Below, piece after piece: positions 28,102 through 37,328 of a stretch of 64,000 bases of DNA (the stretch's first letter is position 1; each line of letters opens with the position of its first letter). A program made the position numbers and the translations under genes. Below the pieces are notes generated by a model. That model had not been told where the DNA came from. It searched no databases and saw nothing but the letters and a program-made list of their open reading frames with translations. The DNA comes from a virus: positions 4,754 to 68,753 of the IMG/VR virus record IMGVR_UViG_3300049847_000321, one strand, 5' to 3'.

Positions 28102-29022
28102 TTACAGAACCGTTACAGCGCAGAATGCTTCTGAACTACCAGCTGAATTGTCAATTGCTTCATGAGCAATCGCCAAAACAGTGCCACTAGCAGCGGAATC
28201 TTTGGCGATCTCAAATAGATCCAATCGACAAGAATTACCTGCATTTGCCACAGACCAAGTACCGGTCGCTGCAATAGTTTGAGCAGCGGTAGTATCAATA
28301 GTAGTAGATGCAGTCAAGTAACTGCGAACAGTACCGGTACCAGCAGCACCAATACTACACATTGCATCGGCAACAAAAGTTCCAGAAGCACCGATTGACC
28401 GAATCTGAATGTTGACCTCAAATGCGAAAATATCGTTATTTGCTACGTCAACACCAGTTGGGGCAAACAATGCAGTAGAACCAATCTTCACACCTACACT
28501 CAATGTATCAGTTGAGTTAGTAGCTGTTGCGATACCTTGACCTTTGATAGTAATTACATCACCAACCTGCAAAGTATTTGCAGGAATAGTGTAAGAACTA
28601 TTATCAAAGTTCGTAGTCACAGTGGTGTTGCTGACGGCACCGGAAGCTGCTGTCGCACCGTATAATTGGTTATTACCGATTGCCACCTTCTTGACAAGAC
28701 AACCGTCACCATTAGAGATCAATTTGTCTCCAATGACGACTGCCGCCGCAAGTGCAGGCAGCCTTGCCTGAATGCGTTCACCTGGAGCAGCACTGTAATC
28801 AAACACAGTGTCACCATCAGCATACGCATCAGTTACGGTTTTGCTTTGAAGCGCATCTTCCTTGGCAAAGAGGCGTTCCGCTTCACCGCCATATGTGGCG
28901 TGCTTTTTGACCTTATTGTTGCTATCCCGTTGCAGCAAATGACCTGGCTTGCTGGCTCCGTTAGCAGTATGTTCGGAATACCAGCCACGGCCTCCTTGCA
29001 AGACTGTATTGTTCACACTCAT
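28102..29022 (-). CDS. Capsid decoration/cement protein with inserted beta-rich domain
   Basis: KPGHLL...EDALQ...AYADGD...GDKLISNGDGCL and C-terminal AIAHEAIDNS; located between protease and capsid genes. Confidence 0.65.
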   Translation of the reverse strand: MSVNNTVLQGGRGWYSEHTANGASKPGHLLQRDSNNKVKKHATYGGEAERLFAKEDALQSKTVTDAYADGDTVFDYSAAPGERIQARLPALAAAVVIGDKLISNGDGCLVKKVAIGNNQLYGATAASGAVSNTTVTTNFDNSSYTIPANTLQVGDVITIKGQGIATATNSTDTLSVGVKIGSTALFAPTGVDVANNDIFAFEVNIQIRSIGASGTFVADAMCSIGAAGTGTVRSYLTASTTIDTTAAQTIAATGTWSVANAGNSCRLDLFEIAKDSAASGTVLAIAHEAIDNSAGSSEAFCAVTVL

Positions 29023-29060
29023 TACAAATTCTCCTTCTTTCTTTTGGTTTTAGTGGGAGG

Positions 29061-30518
29061 TTAGACTTTCTTCGTTTCAATCAACGAAGGCATAATCAAC
29101 GGTTTGACATTTACGGTAGGAGCCACAGGAGTAGGTGCTCCTTGCGCGCCTGAAAAGTTGACAAACGGGAAAGACGAAACCTCCATTGAATTGGCAACCG
29201 GAGCGGCCAAAGCTGCAAGGTTTTGAAGTTGAGATAGATCCGACTGAGCCATCGACTCCAGTTGTTCTTTGGTGAACTTATTTCGTTCATTGGCAAGAAC
29301 AATTGCAATACAACGCTCACCTTCTTGCTTCAAAGCCGCCATCCCTTGATTAAACACGCTCCGAAGAGCGACAGGCATCTTTGCCAGATATTGTTCTGGC
29401 GTCTCGGGAGAAACAACGGCAGGGGCCGGTGTCGTTGTGTTATTCACAACTGTCGGGGTCACAACGGGCGTCGGAGCAGGAGTCGGTTCTGGAGCAGGAG
29501 TAGTCGCATTGGCGACCAATTCGTCTAGCCGCTTGTCCTCCAATTGTTCGAGGAACGTTCGCTCCCCTTCACTCCAACCATTCGCAATCAGTTTATCAAT
29601 CTTCGCTTTCTTTTCCATGTTGGTATTCCTTTCATTGGCAGTAGTGATGCCGCGGGAGTTACCAACACTCTGCCCGTCGGCTGTGACATAAGAAATTTTC
29701 CGTTCAACCTGAACGGCTTTCCCCTTCAAAGAAACCTCTTCACCGTCTACTGAATACTCCTGCATGTATAACTCACCCTTCATGTAGAATATGACGTAAC
29801 CGTCATAGACTTCATCAATCCAACCCATCCAGGCTTTACCAGGCTCTCCGTAACTTGACGAAAGTTCTTCCATCAAGTCACATGAAATGTCACAGAAGGA
29901 CATTTCATTCTTAACCATCTTATTGCCAACCGCTTTACGATTGGCGAAAATACCGCCTCCATCTTTCATTGAGAATGCACCAATCTGATCGGGCAGAATG
30001 GCAAGATGGTCAGGTCGATGAGAAACACCTTTCCGATTATACTTGGTGCTGTTGAATGTTCCTTCAGCCCTTTCCAATTTCATAAATAGGCCAGTGCTGA
30101 CTTCCATTCCTTTGTTGCTCATCAAAGCGTCATAAACTCTCGGATCAACCTTTTTGGTGAGTTCAACATCGAACCAACCTTCAGATCGCTGCTTGCCATC
30201 TTTCCAGTGTGCATTCAAGACTCGACCAACTTCTTGCTTATCAATGACAACTGGGTCAGCGGCAGAAGAAGGAACACCTTCCGATTGAGGATGATACACC
30301 ACAAGTGGTCGATTGTTCCAACTAGGCAATGCTTCGATCAAATCAGGTTCAGAATAAAAAATCGGACCGTCTGAACCTTCCCAAATACCCTCAGCCATCA
30401 TTGCAATAGGAGCAACAAGGTATTCTCGACCTTGCAGCACTTCGCTGCGAACAGTTCCTGCAATGTTGCAGACAACTCGTTCTTGTCGAGAACCTAAATT
30501 AGCCACCATTTGAGTCAT
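29061..30518 (-). CDS. Prohead protease / scaffold (DUF2213-like)
   Basis: LVAP...EG..., WNNRPLVVYHP, EVSTG, DHLAILPDQIGA, followed by a scaffold-like C-terminus. Confidence 0.8.
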   Translation of the reverse strand: MTQMVANLGSRQERVVCNIAGTVRSEVLQGREYLVAPIAMMAEGIWEGSDGPIFYSEPDLIEALPSWNNRPLVVYHPQSEGVPSSAADPVVIDKQEVGRVLNAHWKDGKQRSEGWFDVELTKKVDPRVYDALMSNKGMEVSTGLFMKLERAEGTFNSTKYNRKGVSHRPDHLAILPDQIGAFSMKDGGGIFANRKAVGNKMVKNEMSFCDISCDLMEELSSSYGEPGKAWMGWIDEVYDGYVIFYMKGELYMQEYSVDGEEVSLKGKAVQVERKISYVTADGQSVGNSRGITTANERNTNMEKKAKIDKLIANGWSEGERTFLEQLEDKRLDELVANATTPAPEPTPAPTPVVTPTVVNNTTTPAPAVVSPETPEQYLAKMPVALRSVFNQGMAALKQEGERCIAIVLANERNKFTKEQLESMAQSDLSQLQNLAALAAPVANSMEVSSFPFVNFSGAQGAPTPVAPTVNVKPLIMPSLIETKKV

Positions 30519-30549
30519 GTGTATTAACCTCCACCTTATACTGCGGAGC

Positions 30550-30579
30550 AGTATAAACTAAATCCGCATATACTGTCAA
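30550..30579 (-). promoter_or_regulatory. Sigma70-like promoter for head genes with internal inverted repeat
   Basis: TTGACA-18 bp-TATACT; CAGTATA...TATACTG inverted repeat. Confidence 0.65.
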
Positions 30580-30586
30580 TCCTCTG

Positions 30587-30877
30587 TTACTTAGGATAAC
30601 AGACAATAATACGAATTGGCCTAAGAAAAATAGGATGTTTCAATTCATCCTTGCCGCAACAGCAACCGCCTGCATGAACGCAAGAGCATGTCGGTCCGCA
30701 CGGACATTCCGGTCTACCGCACACATTGACGATGATTGGCTTTACTACAGGTACGTTACATCGGTATTTGTATTGTGGGCACACAATTACCTTACAGCAA
30801 CAACAACCGCAGTCATTTGCAACAGCTTGGGCAGCCGATGCAAACAAGATCGCCACAAACAGAATTACCTTCTTCAT
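30587..30877 (-). CDS. Small Cys-rich protein with signal peptide
   Basis: MKKVILFVAILFASAAQA, then CGCCCC and CPCG...CCCG. Confidence 0.65.
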   Translation of the reverse strand: MKKVILFVAILFASAAQAVANDCGCCCCKVIVCPQYKYRCNVPVVKPIIVNVCGRPECPCGPTCSCVHAGGCCCGKDELKHPIFLRPIRIIVCYPK

Positions 30878-30893
30878 AGCTTCATCCCTCCTA

Positions 30894-31478
30894 TTAAATG
30901 AACATCAACAAGATTCCTAGAATCGAAAAGAATACCTGCCAATTCCAATTGTCTTTGAGCCATTGCCACCAATCACTGATAGCACCGACTGCAAATGATC
31001 CGGCTTGTCGCGCGTGCTGTTCAATGGCGGCAATAATTCTTTCGTCCGTTACTTCTGTATCAACATGATCGCGGATTTGTGCCCGTGTCCATTTCGGGTG
31101 TTTCTTACGACATTCCATTCGAGCGTGTGCTTTGAACCTCGCCCGCATGAGCGGTCGAATGTCCTCTTTTTCATCTCCTGCGCCAGTTGCCGTACATACT
31201 TGCGGCTTATCGGACGTGCCAAGTAGGTAGTTGAGAATGAATGTATTAACCAGTTCTGCACACCATTGCTCTCGACCTTTGAATATGTCGTCTATTTCAG
31301 TGACGAGAGGAATACCAGACTGATCGCATTTGTCGAGCGCGTTCTCAATTGCAGTCAAAGCATGTTCTACCGTGAACGTATCACGAATCATCCTTACCTT
31401 TTGCTTATCAAGCATCGAATCGAACATTTTATCTCCTTGATAAAACCCACTGGTAGCGGTTAAACTACCAGTGGGCAA
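30894..31478 (-). CDS. Hypothetical protein with C-terminal hydrophobic anchor
   Basis: Ends DWWQWLKDNWNWQVFFSILGILLMFI; start uncertain. Confidence 0.6.
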   Translation of the reverse strand: MPTGSLTATSGFYQGDKMFDSMLDKQKVRMIRDTFTVEHALTAIENALDKCDQSGIPLVTEIDDIFKGREQWCAELVNTFILNYLLGTSDKPQVCTATGAGDEKEDIRPLMRARFKAHARMECRKKHPKWTRAQIRDHVDTEVTDERIIAAIEQHARQAGSFAVGAISDWWQWLKDNWNWQVFFSILGILLMFI

Positions 31479-31496
31479 CCCTTGAGGACCCCCGCA

Positions 31497-31814
31497 TCAC
31501 GGGAGTTTCGGAGCATTTGGATTCACTACAGGTCCTGTAGGTGACATCCATAACGCAATAAACATCAATACATCTTGAACCACTTTTGCCCAATTTCCGG
31601 CAAAGATGTCAGTGGTCAAATCTTTGATGAATGGCACAATCTTGTCTAGGGGGATGTTAAGCCCCTTCAAACCAGAAAATACCGAAGTCAAGATTGAAAT
31701 GATCTGCGGTAAATTCACTGACGCCATTGATTTGCCGCCAGTGTGATCCGTCACAAATTGCTGGGCCGCTTGTTCAGGGGTCATCAATTTGAATTGTTCA
31801 ACTGAGGTTGACAT
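31497..31814 (-). CDS. Hypothetical amphipathic/membrane protein
   Basis: Amphipathic helices; within the operon. Confidence 0.55.
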   Translation of the reverse strand: MSTSVEQFKLMTPEQAAQQFVTDHTGGKSMASVNLPQIISILTSVFSGLKGLNIPLDKIVPFIKDLTTDIFAGNWAKVVQDVLMFIALWMSPTGPVVNPNAPKLP

Positions 31815-32019
31815 TTTTTCTCCTTTTCACCGACCAGATGGCTTGTTCTGCCATAGCGAAAGCAAGCGATAAGGCCATTCCTTCTTCGTTCGTCATTGGA
31901 GGACCACCCTCCAATGAATTCATCACAGGTTTAGTACGTGTCCACAAAAGCTGTAACACCTCAAACAAATTATTTTCAAGTGGTGTTAAATTAACGTTAT
32001 CCATTCTTGAGAACTCCAT
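31798..32019 (-). CDS. Hypothetical protein
   Basis: Within the operon; start uncertain. Confidence 0.45.
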   Translation of the reverse strand: MEFSRMDNVNLTPLENNLFEVLQLLWTRTKPVMNSLEGGPPMTNEEGMALSLAFAMAEQAIWSVKRRKNVNLS

Positions 32020-32486
32020 TCACGACGCAGGACAATTTGCTTACCTACACTGCCCGTGAATGTAGTAGACTTCCCACTTCCAGATTTTACTTCTGGCGTC
32101 ACTGGAGCAACAACAGGAGGCGACTTATACATCGGCGGAGCATAATTAACTACCCCTCTACTGGTTCCGGGATTGTAATATCCGCCGGCTTGAGACGAAG
32201 TACAACCTCCGCGGCTATAGTAAGCAGCATTAGCAGTCCCACCATTACAGCCATTTAACTTGTACTGATGGACCACATGCTGTTCCTGCACAACATGATG
32301 GTATATATGTTGTGCCGATGCCTGAGACGAAGTGCAGCCTCCGGCGAACGCTGCCACATGAGTCCCGCCAAGTCGGCCACGAAGACCTACTTGATTCCCC
32401 GCCGCATCGAATCTCGGAGCAAAGAGCTGCGCTTGAGCCACCGAAGGCAAAAGACACAACACAGCGACAATAACAGACCTTAACAT
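31986..32486 (-). CDS. Signal-peptide protein with repeated GGCTSSQA motif
   Basis: MLRSVIVAVLCLLPSVAQA; GGCTSSQA occurs twice. Confidence 0.6.
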   Translation of the reverse strand: MLRSVIVAVLCLLPSVAQAQLFAPRFDAAGNQVGLRGRLGGTHVAAFAGGCTSSQASAQHIYHHVVQEQHVVHQYKLNGCNGGTANAAYYSRGGCTSSQAGGYYNPGTSRGVVNYAPPMYKSPPVVAPVTPEVKSGSGKSTTFTGSVGKQIVLRREWSSQEWITLI

Positions 32487-32551
32487 AGCTTCCTCCTTTT
32501 AAGGGCGACCAGAACGAAGATCGTACACTACGATCTATTTACTTTAGGTGG

Positions 32552-32890
32552 TCAGGTAGGACAATTTCTTTGATAGACTGGCATTACTGGTAGTGCCGGT
32601 CCCTTCTCGAAAACATCCCATTGCAGAACTCCACAGTTTGGGCATAGATGGTCTCTGACGTTATTTCGAGAAGAATCGGTGTGAACCCATAGTGTTCCGC
32701 AATTGGCACACTTATGGCTGTGTTCACCTGCTCGAAGTACGGTCTTAACGGCAGGTCTGGTAGGCTTGGCAATTGGCAGATCATATTTGATCTCCTTTAG
32801 GGCTTGATTGATCGCAGACTCCGCCCGTCGGTTATCGACCGGTTGAGTTGCCAAAGCAATCGCCAATGCAACCGCAGCAGAACTTACCAT
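32552..32890 (-). CDS. Signal-peptide protein with Zn-ribbon-like motifs
   Basis: HKCANCG...HLCPNCG. Confidence 0.6.
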   Translation of the reverse strand: MVSSAAVALAIALATQPVDNRRAESAINQALKEIKYDLPIAKPTRPAVKTVLRAGEHSHKCANCGTLWVHTDSSRNNVRDHLCPNCGVLQWDVFEKGPALPVMPVYQRNCPT

Positions 32891-32899
32891 AAATCACCT

Positions 32900-33103
32900 T
32901 TAAGTTAAATCAGCGAACGGATAAGGCGGCGGAGGCTGATCGTCTATTCCTTTTACCGAATTGGCTATCATGACCGTTCCCATCAACTCCTCAAATTCTT
33001 TTTCTGTAATTTCATCGCCCGTCATTATTTTCTTTTCAATCTTTTTGGCTATGCTTCGCAACATCCTTAAAGCAGTCATCGGATTATAAGGATTTTTAGA
33101 CAT
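32900..33103 (-). CDS. Hypothetical protein
   Basis: Within the operon. Confidence 0.5.
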   Translation of the reverse strand: MSKNPYNPMTALRMLRSIAKKIEKKIMTGDEITEKEFEELMGTVMIANSVKGIDDQPPPPYPFADLT

Positions 33104-34070
33104 ATTTTTTCCACTCCATGAGTTCTGGCTGGGCTGGGAAATAATTCAAGTGAGACAACAACATACATTCACCGTTGCCCATCCCATAATTACGAAACCC
33201 TTTCAAAACTTCACTTTCAGGAGTCCATACGCAACACGGACCGCCTCCAGCAGGATCTTTTGGATAGGTCTGTCCTGGCCATTGGTTCGAGTATAAGAAA
33301 AGCAACCCATCATTCGGATGATGCCACACACCTAAGAAGCAAGTCGAATGCCCACCTCTGCCATCATATCGACCTACTACGTAGGCATCTTTTCCGCTCC
33401 CTTTAATCTTGCCAGCTTGAATGAACATGCTGCAACCATTCAAGCACGGAAATCCATTTACAATTCCTGTGGCAATCGTCTGCGGATCTTCCGCAGTTGC
33501 AACTGCGCCTACAGGGAATTTCTTAGCCGTTTCAATTAGATTAGAAGGAATTTTCGCACCGTCACTCCATTGCAATTCAATTTTCTCAGTCAGATAGAAA
33601 CCATCATCAGTCTTGAAGGCGGGCATTGTTGCCGGATCATACGGCAGCACACCTTCTTTAAGCACTTCACCCATTACAGAGTCAACCGCACCTTCACCCT
33701 GCCCTCGATCACCTTCTTTATATCGGCATCTTCCATAATCGTATGGCCACCATGGCAAAAATGCTTTTGTTGCCCCTTCACTAAGGTTACGCTGAACTGC
33801 CGCCAAAGTGAATATAGCATTTCCGGTACTAGCACCGACACAGGAGCCAGTAAGTTGATGGAATCGAGTAAACTCAAATCCGACATCTGCAATTACTTCC
33901 GGATCTTTCCAAAAATCAGTAAGTATGATTTTTGTGCCTACTGGAATTTCTTTGAAAAGAAGACCAAATGATACTCGCTTAGATACAGCTTTTGCATGGG
34001 CATCTTGCTGTTCCGGTGTTCGATCTTCTGGTCGAATCGAACCTGTTGGGTAAGAAAATAGTGATGACAT
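33096..34070 (-). CDS. Papain-like (C1-type) cysteine peptidase
   Basis: Oxyanion Gln and catalytic Cys in QLTGSCVG, His in GGHSTCFLG, Asn in YSNQW. Confidence 0.75.
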   Translation of the reverse strand: MSSLFSYPTGSIRPEDRTPEQQDAHAKAVSKRVSFGLLFKEIPVGTKIILTDFWKDPEVIADVGFEFTRFHQLTGSCVGASTGNAIFTLAAVQRNLSEGATKAFLPWWPYDYGRCRYKEGDRGQGEGAVDSVMGEVLKEGVLPYDPATMPAFKTDDGFYLTEKIELQWSDGAKIPSNLIETAKKFPVGAVATAEDPQTIATGIVNGFPCLNGCSMFIQAGKIKGSGKDAYVVGRYDGRGGHSTCFLGVWHHPNDGLLFLYSNQWPGQTYPKDPAGGGPCCVWTPESEVLKGFRNYGMGNGECMLLSHLNYFPAQPELMEWKKYV

Positions 34071-35032
34071 TAGCGTATGGCCTCCAAAGCCTTAGCGGCT
34101 TGTGTTAGAACCCCGGCAGTTTTCGTCCTAGCGGCAGCATCAAACTTGCCTTCCGGTGAAACTACCAGCTTTTTGTCAAAGAACTCACCAATGACTTCTC
34201 GAACATCCGGGATTTTGTTCTCAATGAGACTCTCCCTGGCAGTTTTCAACATTTCTCCATATTGAACAAATGTGGTGATTTTGGCTAGTGATGGGTCATT
34301 GGCAGACAACTTTTTAGCCAAGGTTCTATACAGTGACGCCAATTCCTTGACACAATTGCCCTTATCAGTAGTTTTGTCATTGACGTAAGCCTGTCGAACC
34401 AATTTAGTTAATGATCGTACCTCAGGGTCTTGATCGTCAATCGGAGGATCATCTGGAGAAGGGGCTGGAGGTGAGTCTGCATTCACTTCCAACATTCTAC
34501 GAACGATATCCCCGCGCGTTAGGGGAGCGTTGTTTCCGTCCTTGACAGCCCTCCCTAACGCCGGGAACACTTCAAGAAAAACCATGCCATTGGTTTTTGA
34601 CTTGATTTCATAGATATATTCTGATTTGATGGTGATAATGTCGTCATTATCCGCATCAGGCTGTTGTCCTGTAATCGTGTTGTGTGCCGAATAGGCACGA
34701 GGACCCTTGAATTCCTTAAGTTCAAGGTCTCCTCCGTCTGTTGCAAACCAATCAACCACCAATTGAGCATCCCAGAAAACAACATATTTTTGACCCTTTG
34801 CCACTTTGGTTGGGGCTGTTTTCGTGCTGGTCTTGGGATCGGCTGCCCCGAGAAATCGCAAAGGGGCGATACCTATTGGCTTAATCGCGTTTAATTCATG
34901 TTCTCCCGACTTCAAAGTTGAATTAGGCGTTGAGGCCTTATTAGTTACGGGACTGTCGGCATACGCGAACGTAGACAGGGTAAACGATGCCAAAAGCATC
35001 AGGACCAAAGAAAAGCGAAATGGCCTTTTCAT
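34070..35032 (-). CDS. Secreted/periplasmic protein with Pro/Asp linker
   Basis: Signal peptide MKRPFRFSLVLMLLASFTLSTFA; SPPAPSPDDPP linker; helical C-terminal domain. Confidence 0.7.
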   Translation of the reverse strand: MKRPFRFSLVLMLLASFTLSTFAYADSPVTNKASTPNSTLKSGEHELNAIKPIGIAPLRFLGAADPKTSTKTAPTKVAKGQKYVVFWDAQLVVDWFATDGGDLELKEFKGPRAYSAHNTITGQQPDADNDDIITIKSEYIYEIKSKTNGMVFLEVFPALGRAVKDGNNAPLTRGDIVRRMLEVNADSPPAPSPDDPPIDDQDPEVRSLTKLVRQAYVNDKTTDKGNCVKELASLYRTLAKKLSANDPSLAKITTFVQYGEMLKTARESLIENKIPDVREVIGEFFDKKLVVSPEGKFDAAARTKTAGVLTQAAKALEAIR

Positions 35033-35065
35033 TTTCTTTCTCCTTTTTAAGGGTTTAATGGTTCA

Positions 35066-35389
35066 TCACGGAGTCGGAGGGGCATCGGGCACGAGATTGT
35101 CCACGATGGCCGCTTGTGCCTTGACCGCTGCCACGGCGTCAATCAGCTCTTGCGATGCTGTAGGACCATTGGCAATGATCGCTTCAAGGTCAGTGATTTT
35201 TTGCAACAGCGTTGAAGTTTCACTGCCAATTTTGGTTAGTTGGTTTGCGACAGCTTGTAGTTCCGTCGCGAGTTCCGCCTGTGTTGCCATAATTCTATCC
35301 ATCCTTCTTAGTAATAGGCGAAGTAGTTGACGATTTGTAGACCAGTAGTAATGCCATTCTTGACACCATTTACTGATTCGCTTGAACAC
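35066..35389 (-). CDS. Small coiled-coil protein
   Basis: MATQAELATELQAVANQL... heptads. Confidence 0.6.
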   Translation of the reverse strand: MFKRISKWCQEWHYYWSTNRQLLRLLLRRMDRIMATQAELATELQAVANQLTKIGSETSTLLQKITDLEAIIANGPTASQELIDAVAAVKAQAAIVDNLVPDAPPTP

Positions 35390-35390
35390 G

Positions 35391-35660
35391 TTACGTCCCC
35401 TTGGTTATATTATCAATATGAGATTTGACCTCATTTTTAGCATCTTCAATAGCTTTACCATTTCCGATGCTTTTGATAATCCCAATCAACACTGTAAGAG
35501 TCGGAGTCACAATACCGATAACTGCGTAAGTGACGTTGCTATTCCATTCACCGCCAGGACGATGATTTTCTAGGTAAGCCAACGCCCCCACACCTATGGC
35601 TGTGATGCCTAGAATTGCAACAAGGTATGCTACAAGTTGCAGGAGTTGATTTTTGTTCAT
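35391..35660 (-). CDS. Holin-like two-TM membrane protein
   Basis: 89 aa with two hydrophobic segments and a charged C-terminus. Confidence 0.55.
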   Translation of the reverse strand: MNKNQLLQLVAYLVAILGITAIGVGALAYLENHRPGGEWNSNVTYAVIGIVTPTLTVLIGIIKSIGNGKAIEDAKNEVKSHIDNITKGT

Positions 35661-36169
35661 GTTAATCTCACTTTCGGTGCGTCAGGATCAATAGAACTTG
35701 GCGGATCATATCCTTTTTCAATCATGTTCATGATGATCCTTTGAAAATTCAATTCTCGGCGATTAGCTGCCTCACGCTCCCTATCAAACTTATCAGTTGT
35801 CCTTATATGCAACCAAGACATGAAAGAAGCAAAAACAACGAATCCTCCTACAGATCCTATATCCCGTAAATTCCAATCTGGAAAAGGAACTTGACTGAAA
35901 AAAGCCATCAGACTAATATATAAAATCGGAATAGCGTAATAGGAGCTTATTCCTAATCCTGCCCCTCCGAAGAAATGAAAGATATACCAGATCATAGATG
36001 TACTCCATTCGGCGTTTGTTTTGCATTGAAATCTTTCATGATGGTCCATTAACATAAGTTGACCTTTCCTTATAGAGACTATGATAGAGACTATGTTCCT
36101 AGACATGGCTGAGAACAAATCAAAAAATGACCATAAACAAATCAGTGAAGTCGCCATTAGAGTACCCAT
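35657..36169 (-). CDS. Multi-TM membrane protein (holin/antiholin candidate)
   Basis: Several hydrophobic segments followed by a charged tail. Confidence 0.5.
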   Translation of the reverse strand: MGTLMATSLICLWSFFDLFSAMSRNIVSIIVSIRKGQLMLMDHHERFQCKTNAEWSTSMIWYIFHFFGGAGLGISSYYAIPILYISLMAFFSQVPFPDWNLRDIGSVGGFVVFASFMSWLHIRTTDKFDREREAANRRELNFQRIIMNMIEKGYDPPSSIDPDAPKVRLT

Positions 36170-36350
36170 CGACCGACTCGTTTTCCTTCACGACCCAGTC
36201 GCCAGAAACCATGTCGTGCTTGCCGACTGTGAACGGGTTTGGAAGAGTTGACTGTCCAACTTGCCCCATCAGTTCTACAATCTGTTGCCCGACTTCAAAA
36301 CTACCATCCCACTGGATGCAATCCAGAGGCACTTTTCGCGTACACTTCAT
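36120..36350 (-). CDS. Hypothetical protein
   Basis: ...IQWDG...GDWVVKE...Y...F pattern seen in small phage proteins. Confidence 0.55.
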   Translation of the reverse strand: MKCTRKVPLDCIQWDGSFEVGQQIVELMGQVGQSTLPNPFTVGKHDMVSGDWVVKENESVDGYSNGDFTDLFMVIF

Positions 36351-36361
36351 CAGTTAGACTC

Positions 36362-37042
36362 CTAGTAGGTTTCCTCGAACACAATAAGACCTTCGCCGGC
36401 TTGGCCGCCGACAAAGGTTCCGCCAGCACCGCCGCCACCGTAATCGGAACCGGGGGCACCGTCCCCGCCTCCGCCAGACCCAGAGTCAGTTCCGCCAGTT
36501 CCTGCCGACCCTCCTGCGCCGTGACTACTAATCTGCCCCGGCCCTCCGTCGCCGCCATCTCCCGTTTGTCCTGCCGCCCCACCGCCGCCGCCGGTGAATC
36601 CGCCGCCGCTGCCCGGACCACCGAAACCGCCGCTGTGTTTGATGTCGCCTATTCCGCTTCCTGCGTTACCACCATCGCCGTTTGATGTGCCGGAACCATT
36701 TGAGCCTGCCGCAGCTAAGCAAATATCGACTACTTTAGTAACGTAAGATTCTATTCCCGACCCTTTTGTTCCGACATTATAATCGTATGGTCCATCGCTC
36801 GCCAAACCCGTCGTCGTGATCGACAACGCACCACCGCCGCCACCCCCGCCACCTCCAGCATCGCCAGCACCATTACCGCCAGGACCAATACAAATGATCT
36901 TCCTAGCCGTTGATCCTGCCGTAAAATTGAATGTACCATTTGCCCCACCGGTAAATAACGTGCGGTGGACGGTGGTAGCTGCACTCTTGTTAAAGTAACA
37001 TCCTGATCCAAGTCCTAAACCTAATTCGTCTGTAATTGGCAT
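36362..37042 (-). CDS. Glycine-rich protein (head spike/fibre candidate)
   Basis: KIICIGPGGNG...GGGGGALS...GLIVFEETY Gly-rich domain. Confidence 0.65.
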   Translation of the reverse strand: MPITDELGLGLGSGCYFNKSAATTVHRTLFTGGANGTFNFTAGSTARKIICIGPGGNGAGDAGGGGGGGGGALSITTTGLASDGPYDYNVGTKGSGIESYVTKVVDICLAAAGSNGSGTSNGDGGNAGSGIGDIKHSGGFGGPGSGGGFTGGGGGAAGQTGDGGDGGPGQISSHGAGGSAGTGGTDSGSGGGGDGAPGSDYGGGGAGGTFVGGQAGEGLIVFEETY

Positions 37043-37043
37043 C

Positions 37044-37316
37044 TCAATTTAACCTCAAACCGTGAGCAGTTCCGGTTAATGCCGTCACTTGATCTATCAA
37101 CCATGCTTTTTCAGAACCGGCCGGAAGATTCATAGTAACTGTGGTGGCTCCATAATCAGGATTATTGATAAACCTGAAAGTCATCGTGCAGTCTGTCGAA
37201 CAATAAATCCGATCATAAGGAGGACTTATCGTTACAGTGCTTGCCGAAATGACTTCGCCCTGTTTAATGGTCTGAGCGGAACCTTTCTTATAATCAGGAA
37301 CATCAGAAGCACTCAT
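37044..37316 (-). CDS. Small beta protein (head-spike base-like)
   Basis: RIYC...VTMNLPAG...IDQVTALTGTA; resembles the GTA head-spike base pattern from memory. Confidence 0.45.
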   Translation of the reverse strand: MSASDVPDYKKGSAQTIKQGEVISASTVTISPPYDRIYCSTDCTMTFRFINNPDYGATTVTMNLPAGSEKAWLIDQVTALTGTAHGLRLN

Positions 37317-37328
37317 TCCATTTTCTCC

